Assembly (NCBI GenBank): GCA_964442455.1
Contig: CAYTZB010000005.1
Coordinates: 5,152 to 69,151, forward strand
Source: an uncultured Gammaproteobacteria bacterium
Lineage (GTDB): Bacteria; Patescibacteriota; Microgenomatia; UBA8517; JACQJR01
Direction of reading: 5' to 3'
Length of the DNA: 64,000 nt
Position 1 is the first letter of the stretch; each line of letters starts with the position of its first letter. Positions 1 through 8,797 of the stretch are shown piece after piece. Both the position numbers and the translations under genes were made by a program. The notes beneath the pieces are model-generated. The model made no database searches and was not told the origin of the DNA. It saw nothing but the letters and a program-made list of their open reading frames with translations.

Positions 1-983
1 GCAGGGGCAATACCAATGTTTGAATAATAAAGCTTCGGTATTCCAAAAAGGAATAAAAAGATGCTCGATAAAAACCAAATAATTAAAAAGGTAATTTGCT
101 TATAACTGTTTTTTTTATTAAGAATTAAATAAAAGAAATAAAGTAGCAAAGTAGAAAGTATTAAAACTTGGGTTGTTTTATTGCCCGTCACAAGATTATC
201 ATTTACATGTAAAATTAATTTATTCCAATATGCAAACAGCGGGAAAGTTTCCGATTGAAATTTTCCAATTGATGTAAATGTTTCAATAAGCGTTGTGACC
301 GTTCTAAAACCAAACTTTATTTCAGCAAGTACGAATGTTGAGACTGAAATGGAAAAAGAAAAAAGTGATACCAAAATTCTTGGAATTGTCATTTGGGGAA
401 TTATCTCTTTCTTAAAAATCGCAACGATGATTACAAAAATAAAGCTTAAATAGATGAGAAAAAATTCAAACTGAATTGATAAGCCAAGAGCAAAAAGAGA
501 GACTGGCAAACCAATCCAATTTTTCTTAAAAACAAAAAATGCCAATCCTGCATAAAACGTCATTACTGTTAATACCGCCGGTGCAGGATTGCCAAAATAG
601 AGTGCATACTGTGTTTGCTCAAAAGAAACAGCGTACAAAAATCCTGCAAGCACTCCTGCTACCGGATTGAAAAGTATTTTTCCTATCCAAAAAATACTAA
701 AAACTCCGAGAGCATTAAGAATAAGTAAGAATGCAGCGGGAATTTCCGGATTGCCTCCGCTCAACCAGTAGAACGGACCAATAAGATACCAATAAAGAGG
801 ACCATGGAAAAGATTTTCTGCGGCCGTTGAGGGACCAATAATTTTGAAATTGAAATTCTTATATATATCTAATGATTCGAACGCATCTCGTGCTTGGTCA
901 AAACCGAAATAAACATTTTCAGGAAAATAGAGAAACCTTATGGCGCAAGCTAGGATAAATGTTAGGAACAAAAATTTTTTCAT
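1..983 (-). CDS. Integral membrane protein, GT-C/ArnT-like glycosyltransferase family (3'-truncated by window edge). Paralog of 20140..21744.
   Basis: ATG at 983-981 (revcomp of 'cat'). Translation MKKFLFLTFILACAIRFLYFPENVYFGFDQARDAFESLDIYKNFNFKIIGPSTAAENLFHGPLYWYLIGPFYWLSGGNPE... is multi-TM with a loop motif that aligns to YYDQGRDALVIWDLW...GPWYYWLIAPFY of ORF 20140..21744. Not in the ORF track because it runs off the edge. Confidence 0.5.
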   Translation of the reverse strand, partial: MKKFLFLTFILACAIRFLYFPENVYFGFDQARDAFESLDIYKNFNFKIIGPSTAAENLFHGPLYWYLIGPFYWLSGGNPEIPAAFLLILNALGVFSIFWIGKILFNPVAGVLAGFLYAVSFEQTQYALYFGNPAPAVLTVMTFYAGLAFFVFKKNWIGLPVSLFALGLSIQFEFFLIYLSFIFVIIVAIFKKEIIPQMTIPRILVSLFSFSISVSTFVLAEIKFGFRTVTTLIETFTSIGKFQSETFPLFAYWNKLILHVNDNLVTGNKTTQVLILSTLLLYFFYLILNKKNSYKQITFLIIWFLSSIFLFLFGIPKLYYSNIGIAP

Positions 984-985
984 TA

Positions 986-2650
986 TTATATTTTTCTAGT
1001 CTTAACAATCCTGTAGGCAACCACTCCATCGGGATAAAAAATTTCACGGATAAGCTCGAGTTTATGTTCTTTAATCTGACCGTAAGAAATTGTTAAACTA
1101 TCACCTATTAAATATTGTTCTATTGATAAGTCCTCCTCCCAAAAAATAGCGCGGGTTTTAATGTTTCCAATAATTTTGGTCCTATTGCGATTCATGTTTG
1201 TGTAATACTCGGAAAGGGGGACTTCGTAATTTTCCTCTTGATATTTCTCTGGCGGGTATTTTAATAAAAACAAAAATTGGCTATAAGGTTCAAAACGTGT
1301 ATTATCAACAACAATCGGCAACTTTGGATCAAGTTCATATTTTACAGTTTTTACAACTTCTTCCCATCCGTAATCCCAATAGAAACCCCGGAAATGTTCA
1401 TTAAGAATAATTGCCGAGCTATAAAGTTTAGCAATAGAATACAGGACAAGAATAACTAAAAGAGATAGCGCTCCAATTTTCAAGAGACGGTTTTTAAGAT
1501 GTTCCCAAAAACCAATCATACCTAAACTAATAATAATCAGCTGTGGAACAACAAGCGGAAGCGCTCGAATTGTTGAATAAGGATCACGAGTGAGTGCTGC
1601 TGGTATTGGAGCAATAAGAAGAAGGACAAGTGTAAAAAAACGAAGCTCGCCCAAATCGCGCCTTTTTACTAAAAGATACAAACCATAAAAGTAAAAAGGA
1701 AACTGCCATATAAAAAATGTTGCAAGTTCAGGGTATGAATCCCGAAAACCAGAGTCTCCCAGAATAAACATATTGCGCGGGGAAAAGTATGAAACATAAA
1801 GTGAGGCAAACTCCCAAGCAGATAGAAACCATGAACTATTAATAATAGGAGAAAAGACACCACTGTAATCTTCTAAAAACCCGGCAGGCATTTGTCGCTC
1901 GTGCGAGAGAATGTTTAGTCCGGATGCTCTGGCCAAAAACCCGGGAGTAAACATTATACTTAGTGTTGGTAAAGATATTAGTATCCCAACTATCAGAGCA
2001 GTTATTGTGAACCGTCGGAAGCCTTCTGCGAAAAGTTTTTTCCTGTACTTTAAAAAAAGTATCAAAATAATTGCTGGCGTTACTATTCTTTGGGAATGAT
2101 AGGAAGGAATGGCAATTGCGAACATTATTGCTGACAGCAAAAACCAAATCGGCCGTTCAAGTCCCCGGTAGAAAAAATAAACGCCGGCAACAAAGAAAAA
2201 TAACGCAACATTGCATTCAAAATTTGTCCTAGCGAAAACTATATGCCATGGTGAAATCGCCAGTAGTAAAGTAGTTAAAAAAGAAATTGAAATAGCCACT
2301 TTTGGCGGAGATATTTTTCTAATAAGCAAAAAAAGTATAGGAAAAGTTAAAATACTGAAAATAAATGACGGAAGACGAACAGTAAACGATGTCAAATCAA
2401 ATACCGGGATAAGAGGAACGATTAAATAAATATAAACAGGGGTTTTAAAGTCTATAAAAGAACGGAATACAAAAGGAAATGGTTTTCCAAACTCATCTTT
2501 CCCAGTTTGAAGTATGGAATAAGCATTGTAACCCTGACCCGCTTCGTCTATGTAAAGACCCGCCGGGGCTTCACCCAGTTTATAAAAACGTACGAATATC
2601 GCAAGTCCCAAGACAATAGCAAATAAAATAAAAAGGATAATTTTTTTCAC
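986..2650 (-). CDS. GT39/ArnT/PMT-like GT-C membrane glycosyltransferase
   Basis: 554 aa, multi-TM. First-loop 'YIDEAGQGYNAYS' matches the DE/DD motif typical of the ArnT/PMT family. Lies in a minus-strand operon with 4-nt overlaps. Confidence 0.65.
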   Translation of the reverse strand: MKKIILFILFAIVLGLAIFVRFYKLGEAPAGLYIDEAGQGYNAYSILQTGKDEFGKPFPFVFRSFIDFKTPVYIYLIVPLIPVFDLTSFTVRLPSFIFSILTFPILFLLIRKISPPKVAISISFLTTLLLAISPWHIVFARTNFECNVALFFFVAGVYFFYRGLERPIWFLLSAIMFAIAIPSYHSQRIVTPAIILILFLKYRKKLFAEGFRRFTITALIVGILISLPTLSIMFTPGFLARASGLNILSHERQMPAGFLEDYSGVFSPIINSSWFLSAWEFASLYVSYFSPRNMFILGDSGFRDSYPELATFFIWQFPFYFYGLYLLVKRRDLGELRFFTLVLLLIAPIPAALTRDPYSTIRALPLVVPQLIIISLGMIGFWEHLKNRLLKIGALSLLVILVLYSIAKLYSSAIILNEHFRGFYWDYGWEEVVKTVKYELDPKLPIVVDNTRFEPYSQFLFLLKYPPEKYQEENYEVPLSEYYTNMNRNRTKIIGNIKTRAIFWEEDLSIEQYLIGDSLTISYGQIKEHKLELIREIFYPDGVVAYRIVKTRKI

Positions 2651-3465
2651 CGTAAGAAAATTCTAATTAATTCAGGGATTGTAAATATTAAAAAAATTGC
2701 AAATGAAATTTGCACCATTTTTTTCTGCTTAAATTTAAAATTGTTAATACCGTGAATGATAATTACCGAAAGAGGCAACCATAAAAGAAAATCGTTTCTG
2801 TCAAAAATTTGGAGTATAGACAAAGATAATAAAGAACCCACGAGAAGAATTACTACAAATTTACAATATTCATGTTTACCCAAGTAATAAAAGCCAAACA
2901 AAAGAAAAATAATACCTAAGAATGGGAATTTATTTAAGTTTTGATTATCTATTAAAATTTCTCTTGGATGAAAGTTAAAGAAATAATTATTGGGGTCAAC
3001 GAGAGTAAAAAAATTATTATTGAATTTATTGATAAAAATACGCGGTTTATTCTGGAAAAATCTCGCTGTTTCAACTGTGGGGTAAAGATACCCTTTACTT
3101 ATAACCTCCTGCTGGGCCTCATAATCGGGTTGGAAAATTGTCTGCCCCCAAAAAGGTTTCCAGTTAACAAATAAGACAAGAAGTGAAAACAAAGCAAAAA
3201 TTAAGTTTCTCTTTTCCCTGTCAAGAAGGTAAATAACAAAAACAACTATTAAGGGAAATACAGCAAGTTTTGGTTCTATAAATGGAATTGCAATAAGCGG
3301 TAAGGGATAGAAATTAACTTTGTATTTTAACAAGAAAAAACTTAATGCTACTAGAAAAGCCGGTATCGCATATCTAGCAAAATCACTGGAGATGTTAGAT
3401 AAAAACAGACTTAATGGCCAAAATACAAGGCATGAACTAATAGTTATAATTTTTAACTTATTCAT
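2647..3465 (-). CDS. Hypothetical polytopic membrane protein
   Basis: 272 aa, hydrophobic throughout. 4-nt overlaps with both neighbours suggest translational coupling within the glycosylation operon. Confidence 0.45.
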   Translation of the reverse strand: MNKLKIITISSCLVFWPLSLFLSNISSDFARYAIPAFLVALSFFLLKYKVNFYPLPLIAIPFIEPKLAVFPLIVVFVIYLLDREKRNLIFALFSLLVLFVNWKPFWGQTIFQPDYEAQQEVISKGYLYPTVETARFFQNKPRIFINKFNNNFFTLVDPNNYFFNFHPREILIDNQNLNKFPFLGIIFLLFGFYYLGKHEYCKFVVILLVGSLLSLSILQIFDRNDFLLWLPLSVIIIHGINNFKFKQKKMVQISFAIFLIFTIPELIRIFLR

Positions 3466-5858
3466 TTATTTCTCCTTAAAAAGATAACCAAAAGTAAGAG
3501 TAATGCGACAGAAACACCTGTTATCTTGATACCATTGTAAAAGGAATCTGGTTCGTAGACAAATCTAATCTCATGCTCGCCTGCAGGAACATTAATTGCG
3601 CGAAAAGTATAATTGGCTTTATAAATTTTAGTTTCTATCCCATCAACAAAAGCCTTCCAGCCGGGATACCAAGTTTCGTCCACAAATAGAAATCCATAAA
3701 CGGGCGTTGAAACATTTAAAATGTTTTCCTGCTCTTTATAAGACAAATATTTCACTTCCGATGCAATCCCTTTTGTCAAATTTGTCAAAGTTGACTGTTT
3801 CGCCAAGACAAGTTCACTCAAGAATATTTTCTTGCCGGCTTCAAACTCCGAATCCAGCATTTTCTGCAATATCTTGTCGCTATCACCTTCAGTTTCCCAA
3901 TCAAATACCATAAATGCCCGAGGCAATGCATCTTTATTCTCTAGTACCACAACACTTTTATCCCGAAATACTTCTTTGTACTTCTCAATATCAACTACAC
4001 CCAAGCTACCACCTTTTACCAACACATATTTTGTATTAATTAAAGGAGATTCCCGATTTGTAATAATTCCGTATCTATCTTGTGGCTTAGCACCTGCATC
4101 ATTGCTATTTATAACTCCTATAAATTTTGCCATTTCAAATGGGTAAACCGCATCGTATCCGCTAATGCTCTCAATTTTGTAAGGAATAAATAAGTTTGCC
4201 GGGACAACATTTGCGCCATCAAACCGAAACGGCTGTTTCTGATTTTTCAGAAATTCTATAATTGGAGTTTCTGGATAAACTATATGGCGAGAAACGAAAG
4301 GTGTAAATTTCCAGCCAAAATAAAAAAGTTCTGTTAATAAAATCAAGAAAAACCCGCAAACTACAAGTTGCTTGGGAATTTTCCACTTTGTTAGAAGCAA
4401 AAACGCTATTAATACTCCCACCAAGGAAGCGAATGGCAAAATCAAATTCCTTATTGCAACTTTCTGCTGCCATTCTTCATGAATACCAAAAAATGCATAG
4501 AACAAAAAGCTAAGTAAAATTATAGTTGGTACAAGGATAGAGATTTTAAGAGAAGTCTTTGTGCGGCCCAAAACATAATCCATCCCAATTGCTGCCATTA
4601 AAGAAATTGAAAGCGTGAATAAAACAAGAGCGCGCAACGAAACCCCCGCTTGTATTCCTAGGGGGTTTGTCTGCCAAAGAAAAAGAGAAATTGGTGTGGG
4701 AAAGGCAAGAAGCAAAGATAAGACAGTAAGTAAAATTAAAAATTTAACTTCCTTTTTATCTCTCCACTGGTACAAAGTCAAAAACGCCAAAATTATACTT
4801 ACAACCCCAACAAAACCAACAACAGAGGTGTAATTTTTAGGACCCCAATAGTTACCGGTTGCATGGTTACCAAAAAAATCAGGAGCTAAAAATGTTATAA
4901 CCTGTTCCCATGATAAGAAAGCCCATTCCAAGGGTATCACTTCTCCTACTCTTTGCGAGAGGGACATAAGTTCGTACCCTGGTAGAGCTTGTATGGCTGA
5001 AATTCCCAAGCCCAAAAGAGTAAATATCAAAAGGAGTAATGTCTTTCTCCAAAACTTTCCTGTGCTCCAAAAAACAATGAACCAAAATAAAAAAATTGCG
5101 ATTAATGAATAGAAAACAATCTGCGGATATCCAGAAAAAATTTGAAGTGCCAATACTATAGATAAACCAAAAGCTGTCCAGATGTTGCCAGATCTACCCC
5201 ATCTATCAACTAATAAGATAGCCAGTGGAATAAACGCTGCAGTTAATGCATGCGCATTCCATTGAGACCAAATTAGGTTAAATCCCGAAAAAGCAAAAAT
5301 AATTCCTCCAAAAACAGATGAAGTTTTTGAAATTCCCCAATTCCGCAGAAGTAAATAAGTAAATATTGCTGCCAGTAAATGCTGCAATATAACCTGAAGA
5401 CTCCACCCGGTTAATGTATCGGTTAGAAAATAGACAAAATTGGTTGGAGAAAATGGTGCTGATTGAAAATTGGCAAGAAGTGGCGTACCGGATAAAATAT
5501 AAGGGTTCCAGAGTGGCCATTCGCCATCTTTCATTAAATCAATAGCCAGCATCCGCATAGGAAAACTAAAGGATATCGCGTCAGATGTTATTGGGTTTTT
5601 AACTGATACTCCTGCTGGATAGCCCCAATTATAATCAAGCCAGGGAAAGTAAGCGCCAACTACGACATCTGCCGGAAGAGGAACTTTTTTTTCTAGCCAT
5701 ACTGGATAGAAAAAAACAAGAGGAATAAGGATAAGAAGGATAATTGGGAAAAAATTACGCAGTAATTTTACTAATCTCATATTCGAAACGGTCTTGAGAA
5801 AACTGTTTAGATATCTGTTGGACGATATGAGAAAGTATTTTTCTCCTCTTTTCGTCAT
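3462..5858 (-). CDS. YfhO-family membrane protein (GT-C-like glycosyltransferase)
   Basis: 798 aa. Motif 'WNPYILSGTPLLANFQSAPFSPTNF' is characteristic of the YfhO family. The listed start overlaps the upstream GT1 gene by 104 nt, so the true start is probably the internal Met (MRLVKLL...) near 5780. Confidence 0.65.
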   Translation of the reverse strand: MTKRGEKYFLISSNRYLNSFLKTVSNMRLVKLLRNFFPIILLILIPLVFFYPVWLEKKVPLPADVVVGAYFPWLDYNWGYPAGVSVKNPITSDAISFSFPMRMLAIDLMKDGEWPLWNPYILSGTPLLANFQSAPFSPTNFVYFLTDTLTGWSLQVILQHLLAAIFTYLLLRNWGISKTSSVFGGIIFAFSGFNLIWSQWNAHALTAAFIPLAILLVDRWGRSGNIWTAFGLSIVLALQIFSGYPQIVFYSLIAIFLFWFIVFWSTGKFWRKTLLLLIFTLLGLGISAIQALPGYELMSLSQRVGEVIPLEWAFLSWEQVITFLAPDFFGNHATGNYWGPKNYTSVVGFVGVVSIILAFLTLYQWRDKKEVKFLILLTVLSLLLAFPTPISLFLWQTNPLGIQAGVSLRALVLFTLSISLMAAIGMDYVLGRTKTSLKISILVPTIILLSFLFYAFFGIHEEWQQKVAIRNLILPFASLVGVLIAFLLLTKWKIPKQLVVCGFFLILLTELFYFGWKFTPFVSRHIVYPETPIIEFLKNQKQPFRFDGANVVPANLFIPYKIESISGYDAVYPFEMAKFIGVINSNDAGAKPQDRYGIITNRESPLINTKYVLVKGGSLGVVDIEKYKEVFRDKSVVVLENKDALPRAFMVFDWETEGDSDKILQKMLDSEFEAGKKIFLSELVLAKQSTLTNLTKGIASEVKYLSYKEQENILNVSTPVYGFLFVDETWYPGWKAFVDGIETKIYKANYTFRAINVPAGEHEIRFVYEPDSFYNGIKITGVSVALLLLLVIFLRRNK

Positions 5859-6834
5859 TAATTAATTGGAGCGTCTTCTCAACAAGAGCTTTTTGGGAAT
5901 TCCATAAGAGATTGTCTATAGGTTCAACAAGTATTTCTCTAAAACCCCCTTTATTAACAACAATAGGAATGCACCCTGCTGCCATACTTTCCACAACTGT
6001 AATCCCGAAATGCTCAACCTTTTCTGGCTCTTTTTCCTCATCAACACCAAATCCTGATGCTGACCAAAAAATTTTTGCTCTTGCGTAAAGCGATTTCAAA
6101 TGATTGAAATCTAGGCTTTCAATAATCTCTATTGGGTAACCTCTGGCTTCAAACCTCAAACTTTTAGCAAATTCTTCTCCTCCAATATCGCTTCCTCCTA
6201 CAAGAATAAGCTTCCATCCTTGCAAACCCCCATCAACCATTGTTTTAAATACCGACACTAACACATCTTGCCGTTTTGCTTGAAGGAGCTGGGAAAATCT
6301 TCCAACAGAAAGAATAACATCAGCTTTAGTTTTATGACCCGCCTTGCCGTCGGGCAGGTTTATATCATCGAACTGACCAACATCAACTGGTGGATATATA
6401 ACAACACTATCTACCCCATATTCTTTATCAATAAATTTCTTTGTAAACTTTGAATTACATACAACTTCATAAATTCTTCTTAACTTCAATCGATTAAAAA
6501 GTGATTTTCCTCTCACATTATGAAATGGAACTTGAAAGTGCAGAATATTTTTCTTGGCATATAAGCGTGGAATACTTCCATCTGATAACCAAAAACACAA
6601 ATCATATTCTCTTCCCTTATGAATGCTAGAGACAACTCTCACGCCAGATAAATCTAGCCCCAATCTATCTTCCAGTTTTTTTAATATTCCAGCATCATCC
6701 CATCCTACATCCACCTCCCACCCACTCTTTTTCAAAACGTGAGCAACTGTCATCACATACCGTTCCCCACCACCAAGAGTATCCAAATATGGATTGTAAA
6801 TTGCAGCCCTCATAGCCTTCTTTGCATTTCCCAC
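5755..6834 (-). CDS. Glycosyltransferase family 1 (GT4-type, GT-B fold)
   Basis: 359 aa. C-terminal 'EHFGITVVESMAAGCIPIV' is the classic GT1 E-x7-E region. Confidence 0.75.
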   Translation of the reverse strand: MGNAKKAMRAAIYNPYLDTLGGGERYVMTVAHVLKKSGWEVDVGWDDAGILKKLEDRLGLDLSGVRVVSSIHKGREYDLCFWLSDGSIPRLYAKKNILHFQVPFHNVRGKSLFNRLKLRRIYEVVCNSKFTKKFIDKEYGVDSVVIYPPVDVGQFDDINLPDGKAGHKTKADVILSVGRFSQLLQAKRQDVLVSVFKTMVDGGLQGWKLILVGGSDIGGEEFAKSLRFEARGYPIEIIESLDFNHLKSLYARAKIFWSASGFGVDEEKEPEKVEHFGITVVESMAAGCIPIVVNKGGFREILVEPIDNLLWNSQKALVEKTLQLINDEKRRKILSHIVQQISKQFSQDRFEYEISKITA

Positions 6835-7748
6835 AACTTAGCATACGTTATAAATCTGCTCCATCCTTGATAAATTGAAAAGACAACACCAGGTACTCCA
6901 TCCAAAAATCCTAGTTTTAAAACTAACCGATCAAAAATTTCGCCAATGACCGGACGGAAAAATCTCCACCATGTCATTTTCGGATGACCACTCTCAAGTA
7001 AAAGCCTTGCTTCAATTTCCGACCAGTTGTTCGTTTTCTTAACCATATCTGATAAATTATCTTCTTTTAAATGAATGAAAGGATTCTTAAGATATCCAAT
7101 TTCCCCGTTGATTTTTGGTTGTTCGTGTAGTTCACCTTCCCATTTAATTAGTGCGTCCTTTCTCATAAGTCGTATAACATAATCCGGCCACCAGCCTCCA
7201 TGGTGCAATTCTTTCCCAAAAACAAAATTTCGTCTTGGAATAGCATAAGCTACTATACTAGAGTCGGCGGGTGACACGGGTGGAAGGCCTGCCTGCGCAG
7301 GCAGGGGTCCCGATCCCACTTCGCTCTTCGAGCTTCGAGGGACAAGCACGCTGGTACTGGCGGGCCTGCCAGCCGAAGCTTTAGCGTAGGCGGGAGGGAG
7401 AACCCGGGGCAGGACCCGCCGACCACCCGGGGTAGGACCCCGAGCAATCATTTCCATAATTTCCTCTCTTAACTCTGGAGAAACTCGCTCGTCAGGGTCT
7501 ATATAAAAAAGCCATTCACCTTTTGCTACCTCTTTTCCTTGATTCCTCCAGGTATCAAAACTCCCCGGTTTTTGTCTTATCACACGAGCTTTATACTTCT
7601 TCCCAATCTCAAGTGTTTTATCGGTTGAGCCGCCATCCAACAGAATAATTTCTCCTATCCCTTCCACCAGATGGCGGACAGATTCTAAACATTCAGGTAA
7701 TTTTTCAGCAGCATTTTTTGTAAGAACGACAATTGATATCTGTATCAT
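6810..7748 (-). CDS. GT2-family glycosyltransferase carrying an in-frame GC-rich palindromic insertion
   Basis: N-terminus 'ISIVVLTKNAAEKLPECLESV...ILLDGGSTDKT' and 'DPDE' are the GT2 DxD region. A roughly 57-aa Pro/Ser/Arg/Gly-rich segment (RGPTPGGRRV...PVSPADSS) interrupts the conserved core. Confidence 0.75.
   Translation of the reverse strand: MIQISIVVLTKNAAEKLPECLESVRHLVEGIGEIILLDGGSTDKTLEIGKKYKARVIRQKPGSFDTWRNQGKEVAKGEWLFYIDPDERVSPELREEIMEMIARGPTPGGRRVLPRVLPPAYAKASAGRPASTSVLVPRSSKSEVGSGPLPAQAGLPPVSPADSSIVAYAIPRRNFVFGKELHHGGWWPDYVIRLMRKDALIKWEGELHEQPKINGEIGYLKNPFIHLKEDNLSDMVKKTNNWSEIEARLLLESGHPKMTWWRFFRPVIGEIFDRLVLKLGFLDGVPGVVFSIYQGWSRFITYAKLWEMQRRL
7263..7433. repeat. GC-rich palindromic insertion element (171 bp, divisible by 3) with 10-bp perfect terminal inverted repeats GTCGGCGGGT...ACCCGCCGAC, inserted in-frame in the GT2 gene
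   Basis: The segment is sharply GC-rich within an AT-rich gene. It contains nested palindromes (CCTGCCTGCGCAGGCAGG; CACGGGTGG/CCACCCGG) and a direct repeat CTTCGAG x2. Its termini match the element at 15888-16002. Confidence 0.55.
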
Positions 7749-8698
7749 GGATTAAAACTTCCTTTCCCAAAGTTACCAAAATAATAATCTAACACTCCTC
7801 GCCGCTGCCATGACCGCCCATTGAAAAGAAGACGCGCCGACTCACGAAGTAGCGCAAATCGAGAACGAAGTGGTGCAAAGCGGCTCCCAAAGAGAAGTCG
7901 GTTGCGAGTGATGTAATAATCATTCAACTCACTCCCAATCGCAGAACTTTGCGCAACTTTGTGCCAGAGATAAGCAGATGGAGCATATAAAGTTTTAAAA
8001 CCTGTCATTTTTGCCCTTTGACAAAAATCAGCGTCTTCCCAATATAAAAAATAAGACGGGTCAAGTAGCCCAATTTTTTTAAACACTTCTTTCTTGACGA
8101 ACATACACGCACCGGTCGCAAAATCAGTCTCTGTGGTACTATCGTATTGGCCTTTATCCACTTCATCCACCCCTCGATGGCTTGCCAAAACATTATCCCA
8201 GTTAATCGCTCCCCCCGCATACCATATAACCTTTCCCAACTCTCCCTTCTTATACCTATCTTTGTGGAACTCAAAACCTTTGTAAAAATAAATTTTAGGG
8301 GAAATTATGCCAGCATGCGGGTTATTCTCTGCTGTTTTAATCAATTGAACTATTAAATTCTTATCTGTAATCGTATCGTTATTAAGAAGTACCACGTAAT
8401 CGGCATAGTCTTTTAATGCCGCTTTTATGCCCATATTATTCCCTTCCGAAAACCCTAGGTTATTTTTGTTTTCAATTAATTGAAATTTCGTGGAAAATTT
8501 TGCAAGTGTACGTAAATTTTCAACCGACCCATCAGTTGAACCATTATCAACAACAATAGTTTTGAGTTCTGAGTTTTGCCGTGCGTCGCCAAAGGCTATG
8601 CCGGCGGCGCGAGTTCTGAGTTTTGCAATGCTATCCAAGCATTGCAACGTATCTTCTTTCCCATTCCAATTAAGAATAACAATTGATACTTTTTTCAT
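7745..8698 (-). CDS. GT2-family glycosyltransferase
   Basis: 317 aa. 'VSIVILNWNGKEDTLQCLDSI...IVVDNGSTDGS' is the GT2 motif. It contains a short GC-rich insert (RTRAAGIAFGDARQNSE). Confidence 0.75.
   Translation of the reverse strand: MKKVSIVILNWNGKEDTLQCLDSIAKLRTRAAGIAFGDARQNSELKTIVVDNGSTDGSVENLRTLAKFSTKFQLIENKNNLGFSEGNNMGIKAALKDYADYVVLLNNDTITDKNLIVQLIKTAENNPHAGIISPKIYFYKGFEFHKDRYKKGELGKVIWYAGGAINWDNVLASHRGVDEVDKGQYDSTTETDFATGACMFVKKEVFKKIGLLDPSYFLYWEDADFCQRAKMTGFKTLYAPSAYLWHKVAQSSAIGSELNDYYITRNRLLFGSRFAPLRSRFALLRESARLLFNGRSWQRRGVLDYYFGNFGKGSFNP
8564..8626. repeat. 31-bp GC-rich insert flanked by a perfect 16-bp direct repeat (GAGTTCTGAGTTTTGC) inside the GT2 CDS
   Basis: 8564-8579 and 8611-8626 are identical. 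Between them lies cgtgcgtcgccaaaggctatgccggcggcgc, with imperfect palindromic ends GCGTCGCC/GGCGGCGC. It sits between the conserved CLDSI and IVVDNGS motifs. Confidence 0.5.
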
Positions 8699-8797
8699 TT
8701 TGAGCCCTGCGAAAAAACAAGCTCCGCTTATTTTGAGCCCTGCGAAAAAACAAGCTCCGCTTATTTTGAGCCCTGCGAAAAAACAAGCTCCGCTTAT
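8699..8797. repeat. Perfect 33-bp tandem repeat x3 (TTTGAGCCCTGCGAAAAAACAAGCTCCGCTTAT), followed by a hairpin CCGCTTA-tcgggt-TAAGCGG
   Basis: Three identical copies at 8699-8731, 8732-8764 and 8765-8797. The array starts immediately 5' of the ATG of GT2 gene 7745..8698 and contains the stop codon of 8794..9687. Confidence 0.9.

Noticed and set aside
5755-5858. 104-nt overlap between the YfhO-family gene and the upstream GT1 gene
   Set aside because: This is most likely a mis-called start. An internal Met (MRLVKLL, at about 5780) gives a conventional short overlap. It is not evidence of programmed frameshifting.
7253-7447. Small ORFs (7253..7447 -, 64 aa; 16032..16226 +) overlapping the GC-rich segments
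   Set aside because: Open frames arise readily in GC-rich DNA. They lie within or antisense to conserved glycosyltransferase genes and are explained by the inserted elements.
6810-7748. Intein or group I/II intron as an explanation for the GT2 insertion
   Set aside because: The 171-bp element is far too short for an intein or group II intron. It lacks intein blocks (no Cys/Ser...His-Asn) and lacks group I P-helices. TIR and palindrome architecture fits a MITE/RPE-like element better.
8699-8797. Possible CRISPR array
   Set aside because: The three 33-bp units are directly abutting with no spacers, and there are no cas genes in the window. It is a tandem repeat, not CRISPR.
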